In this document: positions 30,261 to 38,416 of the stretch, piece after piece
Position numbering within the stretch: position 1 is the stretch's first letter
How the letters are laid out: every line of letters begins with the position of its first letter
From: an uncultured Gemmatimonadaceae bacterium
GTDB taxonomy: Bacteria; Gemmatimonadota; Gemmatimonadetes; Gemmatimonadales; Gemmatimonadaceae
Reading direction: 5' to 3'
Length of the DNA: 64,000 nucleotides
Assembly: GCA_963716745.1 (NCBI GenBank)
Contig: OY970320.1
Span: 480,001-544,000, forward strand
The notes under the pieces: generated by a model
Seen by the model: only the letters and a program-made list of their open reading frames with translations
Databases searched by the model: none
What the model was told of the DNA's origin: nothing
Translations under genes and position numbers: made by a program

Positions 30261-30922
30261 TGGCCCTTCCGCTTCGGCGGCTTCCCCTTCCCTCTCGGCT
30301 TCGCGGGCGGCCGCGTCGCCAGCGATGCCACGCGGGGGGGCTTTGTCGGCGTCCGGCTCGGCCTCGACGGGACGCCCGCGTGCGTGAGCATTGCCGCGAG
30401 TTGTCCCGGGTTCATGTCGCGCGCTTGTTTCACCCTCGCGAGCACGCGTGCGCGGCCGCCCGGCAACTTGAGCGCGTCGGCCAGCGCGGCGGCGAAGTCC
30501 ATCCGGTGCCTACTGCTCGTCACCGCCACCCGGTGCCGCACGCTGGCCGGAACATTCGGCGCGGCTAGCCCCACGGCGGCGCAGAATCGAGCGAACGCCT
30601 CGGGGAGCGTGAGCAACAGGAACTGATCGACGTCGTCGATCTTGCCGAGGGCCGCGACGCCCTCGGCCCACAGCGCGACGTCCGGCCCTCGGCCCTCGCC
30701 TCGGATGAGCCACGTGAGATCCACAGCGTACGCGCCGGCGATCTTGTCGAGCACGTCGGAGCGCGGCCGTGTTTCGCCGAACCCCGGCTCCTCCGGGCGC
30801 TTGACTAGCCGCGCCAACGTCGCCAGCGCGACGCCCGATCGCGCCGCCGCCGCGCGGATGCTCCCTCTGTCGTAGAGGTCAATCAGGGAACGCACGCGGG
30901 GGCCGAGGAGGTCGTCGCTCAT
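30257..30922 (-). CDS. XRE/CI-like HTH repressor
   Basis: SIRAAAARSGVALATLARL...PRSDVLDKIAGAYAVDLTWLIRGEG. Confidence 0.8.
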   Translation of the reverse strand: MSDDLLGPRVRSLIDLYDRGSIRAAAARSGVALATLARLVKRPEEPGFGETRPRSDVLDKIAGAYAVDLTWLIRGEGRGPDVALWAEGVAALGKIDDVDQFLLLTLPEAFARFCAAVGLAAPNVPASVRHRVAVTSSRHRMDFAAALADALKLPGGRARVLARVKQARDMNPGQLAAMLTHAGVPSRPSRTPTKPPRVASLATRPPAKPRGKGKPPKRKGH

Positions 30923-30929
30923 CTTAGAG

Positions 30930-30964
30930 TTGCATGTTTATGTGCGGAATGATACACTGTATCA
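30930..30964 (+). promoter_or_regulatory. Rightward promoter with overlapping palindromic operator
   Basis: TTGCAT-17bp-TACACT with TGn extension; TGATACA-C-TGTATCA palindrome at 30950-30964. Confidence 0.75.
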
Positions 30965-31042
30965 CGCGGCCGAATCCGTGCCGCGCTGACTCAAGATCGC
31001 GCTGGCGAGAGCGGCGCGCAACAGCGAACCGAGGGAGGCCCG

Positions 31043-31228
31043 ATGCCGAAGCTCCAACACCCCGAGTTGGTCGCCACCCGCTTCACCAAGACGCAACGCC
31101 GGGAGATCGACCTCGTGGCGACGCGCGAGCAGAAGAGCGTGGCGCGGCTCCTCCGCGAGATCGTCGTGCCCGCGATTGCCGAACGACTCACGCGCGCGAG
31201 CGGTGAGCGACAACGGGACGCCGCCTAA
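31043..31228 (+). CDS. Small ribbon-helix-helix-like DNA-binding protein
   Basis: GGAGG RBS; VATRFT-helix-KSVARLLRE pattern; divergent from the repressor. Confidence 0.7.
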   Translation: MPKLQHPELVATRFTKTQRREIDLVATREQKSVARLLREIVVPAIAERLTRASGERQRDAA

Positions 31229-31286
31229 CACAAAGCCCCGCCGTGCGGGCGGGGCCGAGTGCCATCATCGACAGGAGATCACGCTC

Positions 31287-31610
31287 ATGCCGACACCGAC
31301 GAACTTAAACGAATCCCCGGACGCGTCAAGGGCGGAACCGCCCTTGCTGTTGCGCAACGTTGCGCACGCCGACGTGCCGCGCGTCACCGCGTACTTCAAG
31401 CCGTTCCCCGGTCGCCCGCGTGGTGGATGGTTGATCGTCGAGTACTGTCCGTACTGCGGTGCGACCGGGAAGAAGGCGCACGTCCACGGCGCGAGTGATC
31501 CCGACGATCCCAATTTCCCCGGCGGTGGGTTGCGCATCGCGCACTGTCTCACCGGGCCGCCGCGCGACTACGACCTCGTCGTCGCGCCGATCGCGGAGGT
31601 GACGCCGTGA
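31287..31610 (+). CDS. Zn-binding phage-type protein (CxxC...HxH...HC)
   Basis: AGGAG RBS; CPYCG..AHVHG...RIAHC; GTGA overlap with the helicase. Confidence 0.7.
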   Translation: MPTPTNLNESPDASRAEPPLLLRNVAHADVPRVTAYFKPFPGRPRGGWLIVEYCPYCGATGKKAHVHGASDPDDPNFPGGGLRIAHCLTGPPRDYDLVVAPIAEVTP

Positions 31611-33136
31611 CGATGTTCCAGAACACCGACATCGGCAATGCCGAACGCCTTGATGCGCTTCATGGCATGAACCTCCGCTACGTGCCCGCGTGGAATCGAT
31701 GGCTCGTGTGGGACGGCAAGCGGTGGGCGGTGGATGATATGCGCCGCGTGCGCGAACTCGCGAGAGACACGATCCGGAACATCGTGAATGACGCGCTGGC
31801 GACGGCCGACCTCGACGAGCGGAACAAAGTGCTCACGTGGGCGAAGCGCTCCGAAAGCGACGCGGCGATCGCCGCGATGCTCCGCGCGGCCGATACGCTC
31901 CCGAGCTTCAAGATCGCGCCGGACGCGCTCGATGCGAAGCCGTACCTCGTCTCGTGCGCGAATGGCACGTTGGATCTCCGACTCGGGATCCTGCAACCGC
32001 ACCGGCGCGAGGACTACATCACCAAGCTCATCCCCATCGCGTACGACGCCAATGCGAAGTGCGAGCGGTGGCTCCGGTGGCTGTTGGAGACGTTCGGCGG
32101 TGATTGTGATCTCATCGACTACGTGCACAGGGCGGTGGGCTACAGTTTGACGGGCGACACGGGCGAGCAAGTGTTCTTCTTCGCCCACGGCCCCGCGATG
32201 GGCGGCAAGAGCACGTTCCTCTCCGTGCTGGCCGCGATCGCGGGCGAGAACGCGATCGCGGCCGCGTTCGATCTCTTGCTGGAACAGCGCGGCGGCGGCC
32301 CGCGCAACGACATCGCGCGGCTCGCCGGGATGCGCGTCGTCACGGCGGTGGAGGCGGGAGAGGGCCAGAAGTTCAACGAGCCGATCGTGAAGCAGTTGAC
32401 CGGGCGCGACACGATCTCGGCGCGCATGCTCTACCGCGAGGCGTTCGATTTCAAGCCCACCTTCAAGCTCTGGATCGGCGCGAACCACAAGCCCGTGATC
32501 AAGGACAGCGACAACGGCATCTGGCGGCGTGTGCAGATGATCCCGTTCGTCAACGTCGTGCCGCCCGAGCGGCGCATCAAGGACATCGAGGCCGTGTTGC
32601 TCCGCGACAAGGAGGGGATCTTCGCGTGGGCCGTCGCCGGAGTGGCCGCATGGCTCGCGGTCGGGGGCCTGAAAGCCCCGGAGGCCGTGACCCTCGCCAC
32701 CGAGGAGTACCGCACGGAATCAGACATCCTCGGCCAGTTCATCGATGAGATGTGCGAGCGGGGGCCGGGGTTCTCGGAGAGTGCGACGGTACTGCACGGG
32801 GCCTACCGGAAGTGGTGGGACGACAACGGCCATCGCGCCTTCATGAACCCCACCAAGTTCGGGCGATCGCTGGAGGAGCGGGGCTTCGCGCGCGTGGAGG
32901 GAAGTGGACATCACGAGCCCGTCCGGCGCGTTGGGCTTCGCCTCTTGCCGCCGGGAGGTGCCTCTACAGCGAATCGGGGGACAGTTGGGGACAGTACACC
33001 CCCGGTTGCGGGAACCCCCCATACGCGCGCGCGCGCGCACACGGGGCTTTACGCAAACGGCCCCCAACTGTCCCCAACTGTCCCCCGCGATGATGCAGAA
33101 CAGCTAGACATTGATCACGATCGGGGGGCCGCGTGA
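31607..33136 (+). CDS. P4/D5-family SF3 helicase (primase C-terminal type)
   Basis: D5_N TDIGNAERL..WLVWDGKRW, Walker A GPAMGGKST, VKQLTGRD, NHKP, GIWRR. Confidence 0.93.
   Translation: MTMFQNTDIGNAERLDALHGMNLRYVPAWNRWLVWDGKRWAVDDMRRVRELARDTIRNIVNDALATADLDERNKVLTWAKRSESDAAIAAMLRAADTLPSFKIAPDALDAKPYLVSCANGTLDLRLGILQPHRREDYITKLIPIAYDANAKCERWLRWLLETFGGDCDLIDYVHRAVGYSLTGDTGEQVFFFAHGPAMGGKSTFLSVLAAIAGENAIAAAFDLLLEQRGGGPRNDIARLAGMRVVTAVEAGEGQKFNEPIVKQLTGRDTISARMLYREAFDFKPTFKLWIGANHKPVIKDSDNGIWRRVQMIPFVNVVPPERRIKDIEAVLLRDKEGIFAWAVAGVAAWLAVGGLKAPEAVTLATEEYRTESDILGQFIDEMCERGPGFSESATVLHGAYRKWWDDNGHRAFMNPTKFGRSLEERGFARVEGSGHHEPVRRVGLRLLPPGGASTANRGTVGDSTPPVAGTPHTRARAHTGLYANGPQLSPTVPRDDAEQLDIDHDRGAA
32975..33087. 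repeat. Putative replication origin: perfect 21-bp inverted repeat of GGGGACAGTT iterons
   Basis: CGGGGGACAGTTGGGGACAGT (32975-32995) and its reverse complement (33067-33087) flank a (CG)n tract. Confidence 0.75.
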
Positions 33137-33834
33137 AGGGCCGCCGACCGCCCGAGGATGATCTGCCGTGGGGCTTCGATGACTGGAGCGCCGATCAGAA
33201 GCGCGCCTACCGGGAGGCGCGTGCTCGGGACAATGGCCAGTCCGGACGGCAAACCGCCGAGGAGCGCCGCCTCGCACGCGCCGCCAAGCGCCGCGCCGCG
33301 ATCGTCGCGACCGCGATCTTGGCGGGCGAGCACGGCGTGACGCAGAGCGATCTGCGGCGGCTCGGCCGTCGCAAGGGCTACGGCGGTCGGTGCATCTGGA
33401 CGGATCAACTCACGCAATCGCTCGTCGCCGAGGGCGTGCTCCTCGTACGGCCCGCGAGTTCGCGGCGGTTCTTCGCCGCGCCCGGCGCGACGGCGGAACG
33501 CGGAGCGATGAGCTCACCGGACACCGAGCGGCACGACGGCACACCGACGTCGCACGCGAACGACCCATCGCTCGGCCCGGTGCCCGCGTCGCTGTTCGCG
33601 CCCGTTGACGAGCACCGGCGTGACCGTGATGCAGATGAACATCACGACGCCGATGATGCTGAGCATCATGCCGCCGAACCGCCGCGCCGCGTGAAGCCAC
33701 GCGACACCGCACCGCTCACGGAGAAGTCCACGGCGGCCGACGTGTGGCGGATGCTTAACGCCATCACCGAGGCGAAGGTCGCCGCCGCCGCCGCGAAGCG
33801 CGCGGCCGATCGCGAAGGCGGTGCGCATGAGTAA
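33133..33834 (+). CDS. Hypothetical protein (possible winged-helix N-terminal half)
   Basis: Overlaps both neighbours; AILAGEHGVTQSDLRRL...LVAEGVL. Confidence 0.55.
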   Translation: MKGRRPPEDDLPWGFDDWSADQKRAYREARARDNGQSGRQTAEERRLARAAKRRAAIVATAILAGEHGVTQSDLRRLGRRKGYGGRCIWTDQLTQSLVAEGVLLVRPASSRRFFAAPGATAERGAMSSPDTERHDGTPTSHANDPSLGPVPASLFAPVDEHRRDRDADEHHDADDAEHHAAEPPRRVKPRDTAPLTEKSTAADVWRMLNAITEAKVAAAAAKRAADREGGAHE

Positions 33835-34105
33835 GCCCGCACCGATCGCCGCCGTCGTGGCCGACGTGCTTCGCCAGTTGCGCGCCGATCAGCCGGACGT
33901 CGCATACGGCCCGGTGCTCACGCCGCGCGAGGCGGCCGCGTACTTGCGGATGAGCGAGCGTGGCCTCCAAGATCGCGCCGACATTCCGCGCGTGGACATT
34001 GCGGCACCCGGCACCGAGCGCGCGATGTGGCGCTACCGCCGCGCGGATCTGGAAACCTTCATCGCCAAGCGGCTCCTCAACGCTTGGAAGGAGCCCGCCG
34101 CATGA
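33827..34105 (+). CDS. Excisionase-like HTH protein
   Basis: LTPREAAAYLRMS...WRYRRADLETF (HTH_17 pattern); ATGA overlap with the integrase. Confidence 0.85.
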   Translation: MSKPAPIAAVVADVLRQLRADQPDVAYGPVLTPREAAAYLRMSERGLQDRADIPRVDIAAPGTERAMWRYRRADLETFIAKRLLNAWKEPAA

Positions 34106-35211
34106 TCTCCAAGCATGGCGTCAACTTCCGCATCCGCGTCCCGCGCTCCGATCGCCGCATGGTGAAGATCAGCACGGGCACGGCGCATCGTGCCACCGCG
34201 TCGGCGATGAAGTCGATGGTCACGGCGCTCCGCGCGCGGCACGCGTGGCCGATCCTCGATGCGATCTGCGCGGGCGATCGCACGCTCGGCGAAGTGTACG
34301 ACAGCTACCGCACCGATCCGCGGCTCGCCGCGATGACGGCGGCGCTCGATGATCTGGACTTGGAGCCACTCGTCGCCGAGTGGAGCACCTACCTCGTCGC
34401 GCGCGGCACGCAGAGCGCGGCGCGCTACGTGAGGCAAGTGCGCGCGTTGGTCGAGAAGGATATCCCGTTCCCGCGTTCCAAGTTCACGCGCAAGACGATC
34501 TCCGAACATCTCGCCGAGCGCACCGTGTCGGGCTCCACCAAGAACCGCGATCGCGTGGCGCTCGCGCAGTTCGCGCGCTTCTTGGTCGAGCGCGACGTGC
34601 TCGCGCACAACGTCGTGAAGGACGTGCGCGCCGCCAAGCCAAACCCGGCGCGGATGATCTACTTGGAGCGCGCGCAAGCTCAGGCGCTCGTGAAGGCGCT
34701 CCCGCAACCGTTCCGCGCGCTGGAGGCGCTCATGCTCGCGACGGGCATCGAGTGGCAAGCGGCGGCGCGGCTCACGCGGCGCGACATTGATCTCGACGCG
34801 CGCACGGTGCACGCGCAGGGATCCAAGAACGCGTGGCGGAACCGCGAGGTGCGCATCGTCGCCGAGTGGGCGCTCCCGGCGATCACCGAGCACGTGCGCA
34901 CGCTCTCGCCGAGCGCGCCCGTGTTCTCGATCACACACAAGGCGGCGCTCAACGCGCACCACGACGCGATCAGCACGCTCAAGATGCCGCCGTCCACGCT
35001 TCACGATCATCGGCACACCTTCGCCGTCCAAGCACTCCGCGACGGCTTGTCGCCCACGACCGTCGCGCGGCAACTCGGGCACGCGAACGCGTACCTCGTG
35101 TTCACGACCTACGGGCGGTTCACCGTGGACGCGCGCGATTACGCCGCGCCGATCGCTCAGGCCGAGGAGGCCGAGCGGCCCGCGCTCATGCTGAAAACGG
35201 GGGAAAAATGA
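34102..35211 (+). CDS. Tyrosine recombinase/integrase (atypical, TGIE instead of TGxR)
   Basis: GSK, LHDHRHTFA, LGH and TYG motifs; adjacent to att/tRNA. Confidence 0.92.
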   Translation: MISKHGVNFRIRVPRSDRRMVKISTGTAHRATASAMKSMVTALRARHAWPILDAICAGDRTLGEVYDSYRTDPRLAAMTAALDDLDLEPLVAEWSTYLVARGTQSAARYVRQVRALVEKDIPFPRSKFTRKTISEHLAERTVSGSTKNRDRVALAQFARFLVERDVLAHNVVKDVRAAKPNPARMIYLERAQAQALVKALPQPFRALEALMLATGIEWQAAARLTRRDIDLDARTVHAQGSKNAWRNREVRIVAEWALPAITEHVRTLSPSAPVFSITHKAALNAHHDAISTLKMPPSTLHDHRHTFAVQALRDGLSPTTVARQLGHANAYLVFTTYGRFTVDARDYAAPIAQAEEAERPALMLKTGEK

Positions 35212-35217
35212 CAACGT

Positions 35218-35239
35218 GCGCCCCATCCAGCGCCCCATC
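35218..35239 (+). repeat. Putative integrase arm-binding repeats (right arm)
   Basis: GCGCCCCATC x2 with 12-bp period. Confidence 0.7.
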
Positions 35240-35278
35240 GCGTGCGAAGTTACGCGAGGTGAGCGGCGCTAACTTCAA

Positions 35279-35360
35279 TGCCCAGGGCGGGACTCGAACC
35301 CGCACTCCGTTGCCGGAAGGGGATTTTAAGTCCCCCGCGTCTACCTTTCGCCACCCGGGC
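35279..35360 (-). tRNA. tRNA-Leu(TAA), integration target; CCA not encoded
   Basis: GCCCGGG acceptor stem, GGGGA-CTTAAAA-TCCCC anticodon arm, long variable arm, GGTTCGAGTCC. Confidence 0.97.
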
Positions 35361-35425
35361 CTTTCGAAGAACAAGACGGGAGCGGCCGGATTCCGACCGC
35401 TCCCGCCATGCTTCAGACGCTCGAG

Positions 35426-35498
35426 AGCGGGAAACGGGACTCGAACCCGCGACCCCAACCTTGGCAAGGTTGTGCTCTACCAACTGAGCTATTCCCGC
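35426..35498 (-). tRNA. tRNA-Gly(GCC); CCA not encoded
   Basis: GCGGGAATAGCTCAGTTGGTAGAGC...AACCTTGCCAAGGTT...GGTTCGAGTCCCGTTTCCCGCT. Confidence 0.98.
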
Positions 35499-35506
35499 GT
35501 GAGAGC

Positions 35507-35535
35507 AAGTTAGTCCGCGGCGGAAATCACGACAA
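35507..35535 (-). promoter_or_regulatory. Promoter of the tRNA-Gly/Leu operon
   Basis: TTGTCG-17bp-TAACTT, 8 nt before tRNA-Gly. Confidence 0.65.
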
Positions 35536-35552
35536 GAGCCCAACAACGCACA

Positions 35553-35589
35553 CGGGGCGCGCCGCTCATTCTCGAACGGCGCGCCCCGC
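35553..35589 (-). terminator. Hairpin terminator after the SGNH gene
   Basis: GGGGCGCGCCG...CGGCGCGCCCC. Confidence 0.55.
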
Positions 35590-35612
35590 TTTCATTCACG
35601 CTGCGAAAGTGC

Positions 35613-36863
35613 CTATGGCGACGGCAGCAAGGGAACGCTCGTGCCGTACTTCGCGTTCACCGAATCGATCATCAACCCCGCGATCAACTGGTGCGCAAGC
35701 AGGCTCGGATGAATGCCGTCGAGCGTGAAGTAATTGCCGAACGTATTCGTGGGTGACAGGAGATTGGGGAACGCCGGAATGTCGCCCGACATCTTGAGTT
35801 CCAGCAGCGAGGGATTCACGTCCACATAGGCCCAGCCGAGCGAGTCGGCCTTCGCCTTGATGTACACGTTGTAGTTGTGCACGGCGAGCTGCACGGCCGG
35901 CACCTCGACGGAATCGAGCACGTAGATCTGCCCGAACAGGCCGTCGAGCGGGTACGGTCCCGCGGTGGGCGTCGCCTTGCACGTGATGTTCGGGCGGTGC
36001 GTACTGTCCCGGATCGCCCCCGCCAGCTGGAAATTGATGAGCGGCACCGGATTGGCGCACGAGGCATCCACGGTCGTGACCGCACCGGCCGCGGCGTCGA
36101 ACGCCGCCTTCACCTGCGGAACGAAGAGCAGATCCGCATGGAAGAGCAGCGGCGCGTTCGTCACGTCCACCACCGCGAAGAGCGCACCGCCCTTGAGCGA
36201 CGGGATCGCACGCAGCCCGTTCACGTCGGCGAGATAATTCTTCACGAACGTGGCCTGCGACGTGACGCCCGGCGACACACCGGGCACCGGCACCAGCACG
36301 CCGCTCAGCGCGGCGGGGAGTACGTCGTTGTTGCCGATCCACATCGAGACGAACGTCGGCTGCGCCTGCGCCGCGCGCGAGACCTGTGTGCCGCCGCCCA
36401 GAATGAACTGGGTGAGCGCGTTCGAGTTCGCGGTCGTGAGCGACACCGGATCGATGGACGCCGCGCCCGGCACGGCCACGTTGTTCACCACCGGCGTGAC
36501 CGACGTCGCGACTCGCAGGTAGCAACTCAAGGCCGTTGAGGGCGGGAAGCCCGGCGGCGTGACACGGTGCGACGGGAACGTGTCCACCGGCGGCGCGCAG
36601 CCAGGATACTGGATCGCCGGGATCGCGAACCGCGTGCCCGCCTGCTGCGCGAAGAGCACGGGGTACGATTCACTCTGCGTCACGCTGTTGATCCCGCCAC
36701 CCTGGTAGCCGGCGGTGATGCTGTTCCCGAGCGATACGTAGCTCTGGAAGAGCGGGTCCACTGCGACCTCTTTCGTGATCTGCTTCGAATCGGTACATCC
36801 GGTGATCACGGCCGCCACGATGAACGCGACCGCGCCACCCACGAGATATTGCTTGCGAGCCAT
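35613..36863 (-). CDS. SGNH/GDSL hydrolase lipoprotein
   Basis: Lipobox ITGC, GNSITAG, WIGNND, DGIHP. Confidence 0.88.
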   Translation of the reverse strand: MARKQYLVGGAVAFIVAAVITGCTDSKQITKEVAVDPLFQSYVSLGNSITAGYQGGGINSVTQSESYPVLFAQQAGTRFAIPAIQYPGCAPPVDTFPSHRVTPPGFPPSTALSCYLRVATSVTPVVNNVAVPGAASIDPVSLTTANSNALTQFILGGGTQVSRAAQAQPTFVSMWIGNNDVLPAALSGVLVPVPGVSPGVTSQATFVKNYLADVNGLRAIPSLKGGALFAVVDVTNAPLLFHADLLFVPQVKAAFDAAAGAVTTVDASCANPVPLINFQLAGAIRDSTHRPNITCKATPTAGPYPLDGLFGQIYVLDSVEVPAVQLAVHNYNVYIKAKADSLGWAYVDVNPSLLELKMSGDIPAFPNLLSPTNTFGNYFTLDGIHPSLLAHQLIAGLMIDSVNAKYGTSVPLLPSP

Positions 36864-36893
36864 CGGCGATTCTCCCGTATTCAAAGGTGGCGG

Positions 36894-38286
36894 TTAGAAA
36901 TTGGCCTTGAGACTGACCGACAGGATGTTGGCGGACAGCTGGTACCATCCGGTGTTCAGGTCGGCCGCGGTCTGCGATTCACTCGTTCGATTCACGATGC
37001 GGCCGCGCCGTCCCTGCGTGTTCACGTATTCGTACGCGGCGTCGAGGGTCCACGTCGCGCCCAGCGGCGCGCCGATCCCCAGCATGATGTTCTCGCGATT
37101 CTGGTCGGGGAGCAGCGGCGTCACGGTGACATCCGGCACCGGCGTGCTCACGTAGCTCAGCCCGACGCGTCCCTTGAGCCCCGATGCGAACGCGTGCTCC
37201 GCGCCTGCGCGAATGGTCCACGAATTGTTGTAGTCCTGGATCAGGTTCTGGCTGTCCGGGGCCGCGGGGCCGGTGAACTGCAGGTCGATGTTCTTGAACG
37301 CCGAGAAGCCGGTCACCTGGTAGTCGAGCTCGAGCAGCCAGTTCGTGAAGCCCGTGTACGCGATGCCCAGTTCACCCTGCCACGGGTGATCGAGCTGCGT
37401 CGTCGCGCCCTGCGAGACGAGCGGACCGCCCACGAGGAACTGCGGCGTGAGCAGCGCGTCGAGCGGCGTGCCGGCTGGAACGCCGGGGAAATGCCGGCCG
37501 CGGGCACGACGAGGCCCGTCGTCACCTGCGTGAAGTTCGCCTTCCCGTTGTCATACTTGAAATTCAGCTGCGAGAGATAGCGCGCACCCACCTGCCAATC
37601 GGACCCGACCTTCCCGTGCACGCCCAGCGAGAATCCAGCTCTGCGTCGACGATCCGGTCACGGTCGCGAGGCCGAACTGCGTGAACTGCGGAATGCCCAG
37701 CATGCCGAACGTGACGCCCGGCTGCGCGAGCTGCGACGAGAGATCGAGCGCTTCCTTGAGCTGCACGGTGGAGTAGCCGAACACGAATCCGGCGCCCACC
37801 GACCAATCCTTGGTGATCTGGTACGCGAAGTTCGGCTGCACGTAGATCGTCGCGAGCGCCGCCTTCTGGCCGATGAAATTCCCCTGGAAGCCGTTCGGCC
37901 ACTGCGACGTGAGCCCGAACGGCGCGTAGACGCCGAGTCCTGCCGCCCATTTGTGCGACGGCGTGGTGTAATTGACGAAGATGTTCGGCGGGAAGGCCGG
38001 CGGCACGGCGCCCGGCGTCGAGGTACCCGTGGTGTCGGAGGTGAAGCCGCCGCGCACGTTGATCCACGCGGCGCCGAAGTACGAGCGACCAGCCGGAGAG
38101 TTGGGTCGTGGCGGCCGGGTTCCAGTAGATCGCCGACGGATCATTGCACGGCGCGGCGGTCACCGCCTGTCCGCGCGCGAGGGCGCACGACCCGATCTCG
38201 TTCAGCTGGAATCCTTGCGCTTGGACGACCGCGGGCATCACACCGGCCAGCAGCGCGACGCACCAAGCAGCACGGGCGAGTTTCAT
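36894..38286 (-). CDS. FadL/OmpP1-family outer membrane fatty-acid transporter (several frameshifts)
   Basis: GFQLNE, PSAIYWNPA, GLGVYAPFGL, PLLPDQNR and terminal F across frames. Confidence 0.85.
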
Positions 38287-38416
38287 CTGCGTCCTCCTTC
38301 GCGGGACGAGGGGCCGCCGGAAGCGACCGTCGGAAATGGTATCGTGCGAGCGAATGCCGGCCATCGGCGCATAACAGTACCTCTCAATCCGCCGTTCGTA
38401 CAGTCCCGCTGAATCA

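Larger units (their letters stand above)
24407..35330. mobile_element. ~10.9 kb integrative, phage-satellite-like element in tRNA-Leu(TAA)
   Basis: Exact 55-bp direct repeats, tyrosine integrase, HTH excisionase, P4/D5 helicase and repressor switch; no recognisable capsid, portal or terminase. Confidence 0.92.
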
